This document shows, piece after piece, positions 29,380-39,732 of a stretch of DNA of 64,000 nucleotides. Made by a program: the position numbers and the translations under genes. Positions within the stretch are counted from its first letter, which is position 1; each line of letters opens with the position of its first letter. The notes under the pieces are model-generated. The model was not told the origin of the DNA. It did no database searches and worked only from the letters and a program-made list of their open reading frames with translations. The stretch is from a bacterium. GTDB lineage: Bacteria; DRYD01. The DNA is taken from assembly GCA_030549815.1 (NCBI GenBank), contig JAUQQQ010000005.1, positions 6,739 through 70,738 of the forward strand, written 5' to 3'.

Positions 29380-31827
29380 TTACATTCTAATTGGGAATTG
29401 AATAGCAAACTTAGAATAATATTTATTAAACTCTGCGGTTAGGCCCAACCTCACTTTTCTATTTTGTTTATCTTGATAAAATGCACCAAATCTTAAGGTA
29501 AATTCAGATAGATTATTTTGGAAAATATAATCAGATCCTTGCAAATTTTCAATTACCTGAATTTCCTTGTTATTCAAAAGAAAATATCCCCTCACAGTAA
29601 GGAAAAAGATATCTGTATTTGTAAAATCAATTTTATCAATCCCTAAATAAAATTGATCAATACTTTGTTGATCTACTTTTATATTTTTTTGCCATAACAA
29701 ATTTTGAGTATTAGTTACATAATTCAATTTAGAAAGAATATTATTTTCAAATCCCAAAACTATATTTTCTTTATTTCTTGTTTTCCAAGAAAATTCTAAT
29801 CTAAAGTTTTTAGTATTAGAATTAAATTTTAGTGTTTCTTGAACACTTAAATCAACCCCTGTGTAAGAATTAATTTTATTACTCAAATTATAATTATTAA
29901 AATTTGCAAGCACATAAAATTTTGCTTGATCAAATAAAAAGTAAAGTCCATAACCTAAATAATTTGTTTTTCTTTCAAAAGGTATTTGACTTCGAAAGTA
30001 ATTTTGATTTGAGGATTCCACTTTTCCTGTAGATATAATTACACCCAATTTCATATTTTCTTTTAGGTATTTGTCGGCAACAAAATTAGTTCCCCACAAT
30101 TTACCATCAAAGTTAAATTGATTAGATTCAAATTTCTCAAAAACATTGAAATTTCTTAATTTTACGTTTTTAGAAAATTTTGATTCCTCACTATCGCTAC
30201 TTAAGTTCAATACAACTTGATTCCTTATGTGCTCAGAAATATTTGTTCCAATAATAAAATCCTGGATTCTACTGCTATTAGCAATACTACTTCCACTTGC
30301 TGAATTTATAGTAAAGATAATAGAAGAATTATCTCCTACATTATCAAACCAGGAGACTTTAATATTAGGGTTAAGTACAAAATGGCTTACAAAGTTTAGA
30401 TCAAACTGACCACTGACATTGGACCCTTGGTTTTCTATTAAATAGTAGGGTTTATTTAAATGTATATCTTGCCCTACATAAAGGTGTAAAATAGTATTGT
30501 TTAGATTCAAGTTAGAAGCATTATATACAAGTATTGGTCGCAACATAGTATTCGGATCACCGTTAATAAAGTAAGCAAAATTCAACAATTCAGCATTAGA
30601 ATTATTTACGATTATGTGTCTTACATTATTATCCAGATCCATCAATACTGGAGTTTGAATTTGTATTGGATTAGTCCAACCTGATTGAAACAAATTTATT
30701 CCTGCAGCAGAAAAGTTATTCACAGTACTCCCCTTAACTCTTATCATTCCTGTATTTAAAATACTTCCTGAATTTACGTTAGCAAAATAAATTCCACTCG
30801 TAGAATCAACAGTTCCACTAAATGAACTATCCCAACTATTAAAAACATTTATTATTCCATTATTTGAAACATTAACAAAATTACATCTAAAAACAGCAAT
30901 ACCATCATTGGATAAAAAATTGTAGTTAGATCCCGATAGTAAAATATCCGTTTGAATTAAACCACTATTTTGAATATTTACAACATTATTTGTATTATTA
31001 GGATTATAAACCAATAATGCTTGATTACGAAATAAAGAGGCAAGGGAATTAGTTGAATTAGCAATATTGAAAATATTTCCATCGTTGGAAAAATTAACAT
31101 TTATAGAGTTAGAAAAAGATAAAGAATTAAAAGTATAATTATATACTCCTCCAATAATTTGAGTATTTTGAAGATTGATCGTATTTTGAATATTACCAGA
31201 ATTTTGAAAATTATCTGCGATTTTCGTATCAAAAGAAGTTAAAGAAAAATTATATAGATTATCTATGTTAGAATTTTGAACATTTATATTGTTAGTTATA
31301 TTTCCTATATTTTGGATATTAGAAAAATCAACGTTAACTGAATATAGAGAATAGTTATAAAAATTTCCTGTCGGTTGATTTGTTATATCAATGTTATTAT
31401 TAATAATACCATTATTTTGCAAAAAAGAATTTTGACTATAATTTACCCAATTATATCCAACCCAACTAACAACGTTTATAAAATTAAACCCTAATAAATT
31501 CTGGTTATTAATGTTTGCATAATTAGATATAGTGGAATTGTTGGTGAAAGTTGATGAACTACCACTTCCAGTTCCTCCATAAACATAGGTAGCAAAATTA
31601 TGATTCCAACCGTTATTAAAAGAAGAAGAAAAGGTATTATTAAGATTAGAGTTAATCGTAAGTGTAGATGAATTAATAATAGGAGGATTAATTACAGTAA
31701 AACCAAAAGGACTTCCATCAATAGATGCTGCTGTGTGAACTTGATTCCCCGCATAGACAATATTTAAAAAAAGCAAAAAAATAATAAACGAAAAAATAGT
31801 TAAACTTAAAATTACTTTCATACCCAA
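29380..31827 (-). CDS. Autotransporter-like outer-membrane protein
   Basis: Signal peptide, N/S/I-rich repetitive beta-helix-like passenger (NxGxI repeats), about 290 aa C-terminal amphipathic beta-strand region. Confidence 0.6.
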   Translation of the reverse strand: MGMKVILSLTIFSFIIFLLFLNIVYAGNQVHTAASIDGSPFGFTVINPPIINSSTLTINSNLNNTFSSSFNNGWNHNFATYVYGGTGSGSSSTFTNNSTISNYANINNQNLLGFNFINVVSWVGYNWVNYSQNSFLQNNGIINNNIDITNQPTGNFYNYSLYSVNVDFSNIQNIGNITNNINVQNSNIDNLYNFSLTSFDTKIADNFQNSGNIQNTINLQNTQIIGGVYNYTFNSLSFSNSINVNFSNDGNIFNIANSTNSLASLFRNQALLVYNPNNTNNVVNIQNSGLIQTDILLSGSNYNFLSNDGIAVFRCNFVNVSNNGIINVFNSWDSSFSGTVDSTSGIYFANVNSGSILNTGMIRVKGSTVNNFSAAGINLFQSGWTNPIQIQTPVLMDLDNNVRHIIVNNSNAELLNFAYFINGDPNTMLRPILVYNASNLNLNNTILHLYVGQDIHLNKPYYLIENQGSNVSGQFDLNFVSHFVLNPNIKVSWFDNVGDNSSIIFTINSASGSSIANSSRIQDFIIGTNISEHIRNQVVLNLSSDSEESKFSKNVKLRNFNVFEKFESNQFNFDGKLWGTNFVADKYLKENMKLGVIISTGKVESSNQNYFRSQIPFERKTNYLGYGLYFLFDQAKFYVLANFNNYNLSNKINSYTGVDLSVQETLKFNSNTKNFRLEFSWKTRNKENIVLGFENNILSKLNYVTNTQNLLWQKNIKVDQQSIDQFYLGIDKIDFTNTDIFFLTVRGYFLLNNKEIQVIENLQGSDYIFQNNLSEFTLRFGAFYQDKQNRKVRLGLTAEFNKYYSKFAIQFPIRM

Positions 31828-31973
31828 TCACCCTTCCCTTTACTATTTATTATTGTTAAAATTTTTATTACTTTCTTTTTGAATTCTATTAAATTAATTC
31901 TACAGCCCTCTTTTATTATCCTCCATTAAATATTTAAAAAAGAAAAATAAAACAATTGTAGAAATAATATAAA

Positions 31974-33536
31974 ATGATGAAATTAGGGCAAATAGGGTTA
32001 GGATACTGGGGAGAAAATATATTCAGAAATCTTTTAAAAATCGACAAAGTAAACTCAATTACTATATTTGATGAAGATAAAACAAGAATCAATTACATTA
32101 TTGAAAAATACAAAGGAGTAAAAGAAATTTTGGTAGCAGAAAAAAAGGAAGATCTAATAAACCTCGATTGTATTTTTATATCCACTCCCGCAGCAACACA
32201 TTATGACTTAGCAAAGTTCTTTATTGAAAACAAAAAACACATCTTCGTAGAAAAACCACTATCCCTAAAAGTTAGCCAGGCAATAGAATTAAAAGAACTA
32301 TCAAAAAAGAATGGAGTAATCTTAATGGTAGGGCACCTACTGCTCTACCACCCAGCAGTAAAAAAAATCAAACAAATAATAAAAGAAGGATCCTTAGGAA
32401 GAATATACTACATTTATTCAAACAGGTTGAATCTAGGTAAATTAAGGACAGAAGAAAACATACTGTGGTCTTTCGCACCACATGATATATCCGTAATCCT
32501 TTATTTATTGGAAGAAGAACCAAAAAATGTATCCGCATTCGCATCAGCACATATAAACCCAGAAATTTTTGATATAACACTTACAACTCTGGAATTTTCT
32601 AATAACATTAAAGCCCATATATTCGTTAGTTGGCTAAACCCATTCAAAGAACACAAAATGACAATCATAGGATCAAAAGGAATGTTAGTTTTTGATGATC
32701 TAACAAAAGAAAAATTATTTTTCTACCCACACAAAATAGAATGGAAAGAAGGAAAGATACCAGTTGCAAACAAAGCAGAATACCAAACAATAGAAATTGA
32801 AAACTCTGAACCTTTATACAATGAATTAACGCACTTTTTAGAATGTATAGAAAAAAATTCGGAACCTTTAACTAATGCTGACGAATCTATTAGAGTGTTA
32901 AAAATAATAGAAAAAGCAGAGAATTACATAAAAAATAACCGAGAAAGAAAAAATCAAGAAAGAGAATATTTCATCCATGAAAGCAGCTATATAGATGAAA
33001 ACGTTGAGATTGGTAAAAATACTAAAATATGGCATTTTTGTCACGTTTTAAGAAACACAAAAATAGGAGAAAATGTTATATGTGGGCAGAACGTAATGAT
33101 TGGTCCTGATGTGATTATCGGTAATGGTTGCAAAATACAGAACAATGTTTCAATATATAAAGGTGTTGAATTAGAAGATGATGTTTTTTGCGGTCCTTCC
33201 TGTGTATTCACAAATGTATATAATCCAAGGGCTTTCATCGAAAGAAAAAATGAATTTAGGAAAACATTGGTAAAAAAAGGAGCAACAATAGGAGCAAATG
33301 CAACAATAGTGTGCGGAGTAACTATCGGGAAATATTCTTTCATAGGTGCAGGAGCAGTTGTTAATAAAGATGTACCTGACTATGCTCTTGTTGTAGGAGT
33401 ACCTGCAAAACAAATAGGATGGGTATGTAAATGCGGAACACGACTAAAATTTGAACAAAACTACGCAGTATGCCAATATTGTCAAAACGAATATAAATTA
33501 GAAGAAAATAAAGTTATACCTGTAAAAGAAAAATAG
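31974..33536 (+). CDS. Fused Gfo/Idh/MocA dehydrogenase + hexapeptide N-acetyltransferase (WbpB-WbpD-like)
   Basis: GLGYWG, FVEKPL, APHD; then [38 protein letters not shown]. Confidence 0.88.
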   Translation: MMKLGQIGLGYWGENIFRNLLKIDKVNSITIFDEDKTRINYIIEKYKGVKEILVAEKKEDLINLDCIFISTPAATHYDLAKFFIENKKHIFVEKPLSLKVSQAIELKELSKKNGVILMVGHLLLYHPAVKKIKQIIKEGSLGRIYYIYSNRLNLGKLRTEENILWSFAPHDISVILYLLEEEPKNVSAFASAHINPEIFDITLTTLEFSNNIKAHIFVSWLNPFKEHKMTIIGSKGMLVFDDLTKEKLFFYPHKIEWKEGKIPVANKAEYQTIEIENSEPLYNELTHFLECIEKNSEPLTNADESIRVLKIIEKAENYIKNNRERKNQEREYFIHESSYIDENVEIGKNTKIWHFCHVLRNTKIGENVICGQNVMIGPDVIIGNGCKIQNNVSIYKGVELEDDVFCGPSCVFTNVYNPRAFIERKNEFRKTLVKKGATIGANATIVCGVTIGKYSFIGAGAVVNKDVPDYALVVGVPAKQIGWVCKCGTRLKFEQNYAVCQYCQNEYKLEENKVIPVKEK

Positions 33537-33538
33537 AG

Positions 33539-34471
33539 GTGATTGAAATGTTAAAAAATATTACAGAAAAAAACAAAATTTTTTTAACAATTTTACTTCT
33601 ATTTATTTTTACAATCAATATTTCCTTTGCACTAAGTGTATCACCTAACAACGAATATTGCTGTTATCTTTATTTGTATAACAAATATTACCTTTTCGAT
33701 CTAAAAGAGAAAAAAATAATAAAAAACGTTGAAATGCCTGATTACTATGACAATGTATTTTTCATTTCAAAAGATAAAGTTGCCTTTGTAAAAGGTCAAA
33801 AGATAGAAATTATGGATAGCTTAATTTTAAAACCAGAGGCACAATTTAATTTTAATCAAACAATTAGAGATCTAAAAGTTGTAAAAGAAAACGATACAGA
33901 AAGTTTCTTCCTTATATTCACTGACTACTCTATTAGATATTTTAAATATGACAAAAACAAGGGCATAATTAATTTAATAACTCAAAAAGATTTAGTAAAA
34001 TATCATGACTCATTAATCAAAGATAATGAAATATTCGTTGCTGACAATATGTTTATCTCTATTTTCAGAGAATCATCGTTTCTTTTCTTTAAATGGCTGA
34101 GTTCAAAAAAAATAAAACTTGAAGATGTTGTTTATAGTTTAGATGTAGGGAAAAATAAATACGCAGTTCTATATTATGTTTCTACAAGCAAAAGAAAAGT
34201 TTCTTTTTATACACTAAATGGAATGGAAATAACAACAAAAGAATTGGAAGGTAATTACCAAAAATTGTGGTTCGACAAATCTGAAAAAGAAGTTGTTCTT
34301 TTTGATAATTCAAACAGTATTAAAATACTTTCTCAAAATGGGGAAATAAGGGAAAGCAACATATATGGTGGAAAAATAGACCAAATGCAAAAATTCAACG
34401 AAGGATTCATATTAGTAGTAATAGAAGACAAACCCAATTTTGTTATTTTAGATAGTAATTTTAATATGTAA
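33539..34471 (+). CDS. Exported hypothetical protein, probably beta-propeller
   Basis: Signal peptide ending ISFA; repeated beta-strand units. Confidence 0.6.
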   Translation: MIEMLKNITEKNKIFLTILLLFIFTINISFALSVSPNNEYCCYLYLYNKYYLFDLKEKKIIKNVEMPDYYDNVFFISKDKVAFVKGQKIEIMDSLILKPEAQFNFNQTIRDLKVVKENDTESFFLIFTDYSIRYFKYDKNKGIINLITQKDLVKYHDSLIKDNEIFVADNMFISIFRESSFLFFKWLSSKKIKLEDVVYSLDVGKNKYAVLYYVSTSKRKVSFYTLNGMEITTKELEGNYQKLWFDKSEKEVVLFDNSNSIKILSQNGEIRESNIYGGKIDQMQKFNEGFILVVIEDKPNFVILDSNFNM

Positions 34472-34624
34472 ATCTAATAACAATCTTCATTTCTTAAAAC
34501 CCTACCTATTTTTTCAATAGAGAGTATCTTTTCATATTCCCAAAAGAGTGTTTGGAATATCTTTGTTGAAATTTTTTTGTAAGGGAAGTTTGTGTAAGGA
34601 AGGTTCGCGAAAAAGGGGTGAAAA

Positions 34625-35857
34625 ATGATGAAACTCATTATTCCAGCTTTAATCTTAGCACTTATATTTTCTTTAAGTTATTCCAAAACTATAAGTATTT
34701 TAATAGGTGGGTCATTAGATGGATGGAAAGAGATAGCAGACGATTTCTGCAAACAAACAGGAATAAAAGTAGATGTAGTCCAAGGCCCTCCATCTACAGA
34801 CGGAAGAGAAATAATGTATTCTATTTCTTTATTGACTAAAACAAAAGGTTTTGATATAGTTTATTTGGATGTTGTATGGCTAGGTAAATTTGCATCTGCT
34901 TCTTGGCTTACTCCGATATCGAATTTCGTAGATCCTTTGAAATATTTTAAAGAAAATAATTTAGCTGAATCGAGTTTTCTCGCATCCCTATATAAAGATA
35001 CATTTTACACAGTTCCCATAAAAGCAGATGCAGGCATCCTTTACTACCGTAAAGACTTATTAGAAAAATATGGCTATAATGTGCCACAAACATGGGAAGA
35101 ATTAAAAAATATAGCGTTGAAAATTAAAGAAGAAGAAAGAAAACAAGGAAACATAATAGAAGGATTTGTTTTTCAAGGTAAACAATATGAAGGATTGGTA
35201 TGTGATTTTTATGAAGTACTCAGAGGAATGGGATATGAGTTAATAGGTCAAAAAGAAGGGAAATTCGTAGTAAAAATTAAAGAAGATGAATTAGAAAAAG
35301 TGTTGCAATTTTTTAGAAGTTTAATAGAGGAAGGAGTAAGTCCTCAGTCAGTGGTTAATTATGAAGAAGAAGAGTCAAGAATAGTATTTCAGCAAGGGAA
35401 AGCAGTTTTCGCCAGAAACTGGCCATATGCTATAAAAATGTTGGCAGAAGATGAAAATATGAAAGACAAATTCGGTGTTTCTGTTCTACCAGGTAAAAAT
35501 CCTACGCTTGGAGGATGGGCACTGGCAGTTTCTAAATACTCACCAAATCAAAAAGAAGCCTGGATGTTCATCGATTTTGTCGTAAAAAACGGATTAAAAA
35601 CACTTTTTCTAAAACGTGGAGATATACCAACAAAAATCGATTTATTCCAAGATCCTGCAATAAATCAAAAACTACCTTATTATGATGTTATAATGGAATC
35701 GATAGATTTTTCAAAGCCTCGAACAATACACCCTCTTTATCCAAGAATTTCCAATATAATCCAAATTTATGTAAGTGGAGTTTTAGCAGGAAAAATAAAA
35801 CCCAAAGAAGCAGCAAAAAAAATGATTAACGAAATACAAAAAATTATTTCTTTATGA
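34625..35857 (+). CDS. Sugar ABC transporter substrate-binding protein (trehalose/maltose-like)
   Basis: DVVWLGKFA, DAGILYYRKDLLEKYG, QGKQYEGLVCDF, FARNWPYA, TLGGW. Confidence 0.9.
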   Translation: MMKLIIPALILALIFSLSYSKTISILIGGSLDGWKEIADDFCKQTGIKVDVVQGPPSTDGREIMYSISLLTKTKGFDIVYLDVVWLGKFASASWLTPISNFVDPLKYFKENNLAESSFLASLYKDTFYTVPIKADAGILYYRKDLLEKYGYNVPQTWEELKNIALKIKEEERKQGNIIEGFVFQGKQYEGLVCDFYEVLRGMGYELIGQKEGKFVVKIKEDELEKVLQFFRSLIEEGVSPQSVVNYEEEESRIVFQQGKAVFARNWPYAIKMLAEDENMKDKFGVSVLPGKNPTLGGWALAVSKYSPNQKEAWMFIDFVVKNGLKTLFLKRGDIPTKIDLFQDPAINQKLPYYDVIMESIDFSKPRTIHPLYPRISNIIQIYVSGVLAGKIKPKEAAKKMINEIQKIISL

Positions 35858-35894
35858 AAGGAAACAAGATATTTATTCAGAATTATATGTAAGT

Positions 35895-36869
35895 ATGGAA
35901 GCAACGATAGATTTCAAATTAGCCGATAAAGTGTCAAAATTGATAGATGAAGTTAATAAAGTGATCGTGGGCCAGAGAAGTGTTATTTTGAAATGTATCT
36001 TAGCATTACTTGTTGATGGTAATGTTCTAGTAGAAGGTGTTCCTGGTTTAGCCAAAACATTGATTTTTAAAACCTTAGCTTATGCAACAGGTGGAACATT
36101 CAGGAGAATTCAATTCACACCCGATTTACTACCAGCAGACATAACAGGAACAAGGGTTTTCAACCCCCAAACATTAAATTTTGAAGTAGTATTGGGTCCC
36201 ATATTCGCAAACTTTGTTTTAGCAGATGAGATAAATAGAGCTCCTGCAAAAGTACAAAGTGCTCTTTTGGAAGGAATGCAAGAAAAACAAGTAACCATAG
36301 GAAACCAAACTTTCCCATTGCCACGGCCATTCATAGTAATGGCTACACAAAACCCCATAGAAAGTGAAGGAACTTATCCACTTCCAGAAGCCCAATTGGA
36401 TCGCTTCATAATGAAAGTTAAAATAGATTACCCTACTTTTGTTGAAGAAAAGGAAATACTAAGACGAATGCAAAGTAATTTTGACGTACCTAAGGTGGAA
36501 AAAGTAATAGAAATAAACGAAATCATAGATTTACAAATGGAAGTCGAGAAAATAAAGGTAAGCACTAAGATTGAAGATTATATAACAAAACTCGTTTTTA
36601 TTACAAGAAAACCACATTTATATGGTTTAAATGCTTTATCTAAGTATATAATGTATGGAGCAAGTCCAAGGGCAACACTGGCATTTATCAAGCTCTCTAA
36701 AGCCCTTGCTTTCATAGACAAAAGGAGCTTCGTAATACCAGAAGATATCGAATATCTCGCTTTCGACGTATTAAGACATAGAATAATCCTAACTTATGAA
36801 GCACAAGCAGAAAACATAACAACAGAAGATATAATCCTTACAATCATTAAATCACTACCTAAAGTATGA
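35895..36869 (+). CDS. MoxR-family AAA+ ATPase
   Basis: GVPGLAKT, RIQFTPDLLPADITG, LADEINRAPAKVQSALLE, GTYPLPEAQLDRF, GASPRA. Confidence 0.95.
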   Translation: MEATIDFKLADKVSKLIDEVNKVIVGQRSVILKCILALLVDGNVLVEGVPGLAKTLIFKTLAYATGGTFRRIQFTPDLLPADITGTRVFNPQTLNFEVVLGPIFANFVLADEINRAPAKVQSALLEGMQEKQVTIGNQTFPLPRPFIVMATQNPIESEGTYPLPEAQLDRFIMKVKIDYPTFVEEKEILRRMQSNFDVPKVEKVIEINEIIDLQMEVEKIKVSTKIEDYITKLVFITRKPHLYGLNALSKYIMYGASPRATLAFIKLSKALAFIDKRSFVIPEDIEYLAFDVLRHRIILTYEAQAENITTEDIILTIIKSLPKV

Positions 36870-36885
36870 AAGGAGGTTAAAATTA

Positions 36886-37968
36886 ATGTATATTAATAAG
36901 CAATTTTTGTTTGATCTCCTTAACGCAATAGGACCCTCAGGATATGAAAAAGATGTTAGCAAAATATGGAAAGAATATGTATCGAAATTTGCAGACAATG
37001 TATTTACTGATTTTCATGGAAATTCATTCGCACAAATCAACAAAGGAGCAAACATCAGGTTCCTAGTAGCAGGTCATATAGATGAAATCGGCTTTATGGT
37101 ATCACAAATAACAGAAGACGGGTTCATAAAATTCATCCCAATCGGTGGATGGGATACACAAATCCCACAGGGCCAGAGAGTATGGATTAAATCCTCTAAA
37201 ACAGGAAAAATAATAGAAGGTGGAATAGGCAAAAAACCTATACATTTATTAAAAGATGAAACTGAAAGAAATAAAGTAGCAAAAATAGAAGATTTATGGA
37301 TAGATATAGGAGCTTCGTCTAAACAAGAAGTAGAGGAGATAATTTCAATAGGAGACCCTATAGTTATTGCTGCGTCAGCAAAAGAAATTCTTAATAATAA
37401 CATAATGTCAAGAGCTATAGATAACAGAGTAGGGGCTTTCACTGTTGCAGAAGCACTGAGATTAGCCAAAGAATTAGGAGTTAAATCCGATATAGTTAGC
37501 GTAGCTACAGTTCAAGAAGAAATAGGCTTAAGAGGAGCATATACAAGTGCATACAGAGTTAATCCACACGTAGGAATAGCAGTAGATGTAACTTTTGTAT
37601 CAGATGATCCTGGAACTAAAGAATCAGCAAAAATAATCGGAGAAATCAAGGTATCAAAAGGAGCAGTCCTGACAATAGGACCCAACATTAATCCAAAGTT
37701 ATTTGAAATACACAAATCAGTTGCAGAAAAACATCAAATCCCTTATCAAATTCAGCCTGCCCCCAGAGGAACAGGTACAGACGCTAACATAATTCAACTA
37801 ACAAGAGAAGGACCTGCAACATCTTTAATATCAATACCTACAAGATACTTGCATACCCCAATAGAATTATGTAATCTTAACGATTTGGATAACGTCGTCA
37901 AAATCATAGCATACTCAATAAAGGAAATCGAAGAAAATTATAAACTCGAAGATTTAATCCCTTGGTAA
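36886..37968 (+). CDS. M42 family metallo-aminopeptidase
   Basis: GPSGYE, AGHIDEIG, AIDNR, QEEIGLRGA, GTDA, RYLHTP. Confidence 0.93.
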   Translation: MYINKQFLFDLLNAIGPSGYEKDVSKIWKEYVSKFADNVFTDFHGNSFAQINKGANIRFLVAGHIDEIGFMVSQITEDGFIKFIPIGGWDTQIPQGQRVWIKSSKTGKIIEGGIGKKPIHLLKDETERNKVAKIEDLWIDIGASSKQEVEEIISIGDPIVIAASAKEILNNNIMSRAIDNRVGAFTVAEALRLAKELGVKSDIVSVATVQEEIGLRGAYTSAYRVNPHVGIAVDVTFVSDDPGTKESAKIIGEIKVSKGAVLTIGPNINPKLFEIHKSVAEKHQIPYQIQPAPRGTGTDANIIQLTREGPATSLISIPTRYLHTPIELCNLNDLDNVVKIIAYSIKEIEENYKLEDLIPW

Positions 37969-38123
37969 AATAATTATCACACAAAATAAAAGAACCAGTT
38001 AAACATATTTTTCAATGATCTTTTTTAAATATTTTCACAAATATTTTAAATTTGTAAAAAAAAAAATACTTTTTACTCGTTAGTTTTTTTTTATATTCTT
38101 TAAAGACAGGAGTTGATTAAACT

Positions 38124-39650
38124 ATGACAACAAGTAGTGTTAATAATAACCCAAGCAATAACACTACAAACACCAACAATTCGGTAAATACAAAACCTGT
38201 CCAAAGTCAAACAATATCATGTTCAACAACCACAGAGTCTACTTCAAATACAACAAAAGATAACATACATCTTAAATATCAAAATTTAAAAGATATTCAA
38301 GTAGATAAAGTAATTAGTGGAGAAACAAACAAAAAACCAGAAAACAATCAATCATCCATAGGAGTTAATTCCAACAGCTTAGTTAATTCAGTAGGAGAAA
38401 TATCAAACCAAATTGACCCCCATGCTCAAATATATCCATCCAACAACTACAGCCAAATAGGATATCCCAGAAAACCAGATACCGAACTCAAAGATACTCA
38501 CCTATCTAACATCGTATCAAAAGACGTCCAAAACCAAAAACAAAACCCTCAAAAACCAGATACTGAACTCAAAGATACTCACCTGTCTAACATCGTATCG
38601 AAAGATATCCAAAATCAACAACAAAACAACATGGATGAAAATACAAAACAATTCGTAGATAAAGTAAATGATGTAGTTAATAATCCTGAAAAATATGCAA
38701 ATCCATTTACAGGTAAGAATGGAAAAGGTGAGCAATGGAATAATTGGGGCCTTGGATTATTTAACACTTTAGCAGAAGGAAAGGATGAAGCATTAAAGCA
38801 AAAAGATGCTAAGGCGGCTCTTCAAAAACTAAGAGAAGAAGGTAGGTTAAGAACAGATTGGGATAACTTAGCTCCAGGGTCATACATTTTGTGGGATGAA
38901 GGACAATGGGGGAAAATAGGAGTCTTCACAGGAGAAAGAAATGAAAAAGGAGAACCATTAATAGTCATTACTGGAAATGGACAAGGAGATTTTACAGGTA
39001 TAAAGAAAATCCCACTATCAGAAGCAGAAAAAATTCTCGGAGCCAAACCTGAAGGCTTCGCTTTACCACAGTTTGGAAATAACCAAACTCAACCTAATCA
39101 ACCAAATCAAATTAACAACCAACCTAATAATGAACAAAATAATCCTTCACAAGTAAATCCAAACAATTCAGGGCAAGTATCATTCCCACCTGATATGGAT
39201 CCTGCTCAAAGAGAAAAAATAGAAAGATATTTAGCAAAAGCCAATGACGCCCTTGTTAATCCTCAGAAATATAGAAACCCTGGTAATAAAATGACGGGAA
39301 ATGGGGAACAATGGGACCTCTGGTGCTTAGGATTTGTCAATGAAATGGGTGACAAAAAAGATCCTTCGCTACAGCAAGACAGTGCAAAATTAGCATACTA
39401 TGATCTTCTAAATAAAGGTAGAATAAGAACAGATTGGGATCAAATGGTACCAGGATCATACATCTTATGGGATGAAGGAGAATGGGGACATATAGCAATA
39501 TACACAGGAGAAAAGAATGAAAAAGGAGAACCCATAGTGATAACAACTACTGGTTGGGGCGGAGTAAGCGGAATCCATAAAATGCCACTTTCCCAATTAA
39601 TACAAATGATGGGAGCAAAACCAGATGGTTGGGCAATACCTAAATTATAA
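38124..39650 (+). CDS. Protein with low-complexity N-terminus and two tandem CHAP/NlpC-P60-like domains
   Basis: Internal duplication; second copy has WCLGFV (C401) and WGHIAIY (H456). Confidence 0.7.
   Translation: MTTSSVNNNPSNNTTNTNNSVNTKPVQSQTISCSTTTESTSNTTKDNIHLKYQNLKDIQVDKVISGETNKKPENNQSSIGVNSNSLVNSVGEISNQIDPHAQIYPSNNYSQIGYPRKPDTELKDTHLSNIVSKDVQNQKQNPQKPDTELKDTHLSNIVSKDIQNQQQNNMDENTKQFVDKVNDVVNNPEKYANPFTGKNGKGEQWNNWGLGLFNTLAEGKDEALKQKDAKAALQKLREEGRLRTDWDNLAPGSYILWDEGQWGKIGVFTGERNEKGEPLIVITGNGQGDFTGIKKIPLSEAEKILGAKPEGFALPQFGNNQTQPNQPNQINNQPNNEQNNPSQVNPNNSGQVSFPPDMDPAQREKIERYLAKANDALVNPQKYRNPGNKMTGNGEQWDLWCLGFVNEMGDKKDPSLQQDSAKLAYYDLLNKGRIRTDWDQMVPGSYILWDEGEWGHIAIYTGEKNEKGEPIVITTTGWGGVSGIHKMPLSQLIQMMGAKPDGWAIPKL
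38471..38627 (+). repeat. Two-copy 81-bp period coding repeat (KPDTELKDTHLSNIVSKD..QNQ)
   Basis: Near-identical copies starting at 38471 and 38552. Confidence 0.9.
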
Positions 39651-39672
39651 GAAATAAAAAATAAAGAAAATA

Positions 39673-39708
39673 AAGGGGGTTTCACAAAAGAAGCCCCCTT
39701 ATTTTTTT
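39673..39708. terminator. Bidirectional intrinsic terminator
   Basis: AAGGGGGTTTC-ACAAAA-GAAGCCCCCTT with flanking A-rich and T tracts, between convergent genes. Confidence 0.85.
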
Positions 39709-39732
39709 ATCAAAATTTTAGAAAATTCTTAA

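Noticed and set aside
34476-34600. Minus-strand fragment QTLFWEYEKILSIEKIGRVL and a TGTAAGG repeat upstream of the sugar-binding gene
   Set aside because: No start codon or RBS, too short to assign; repeat spacing does not fit the N5 box
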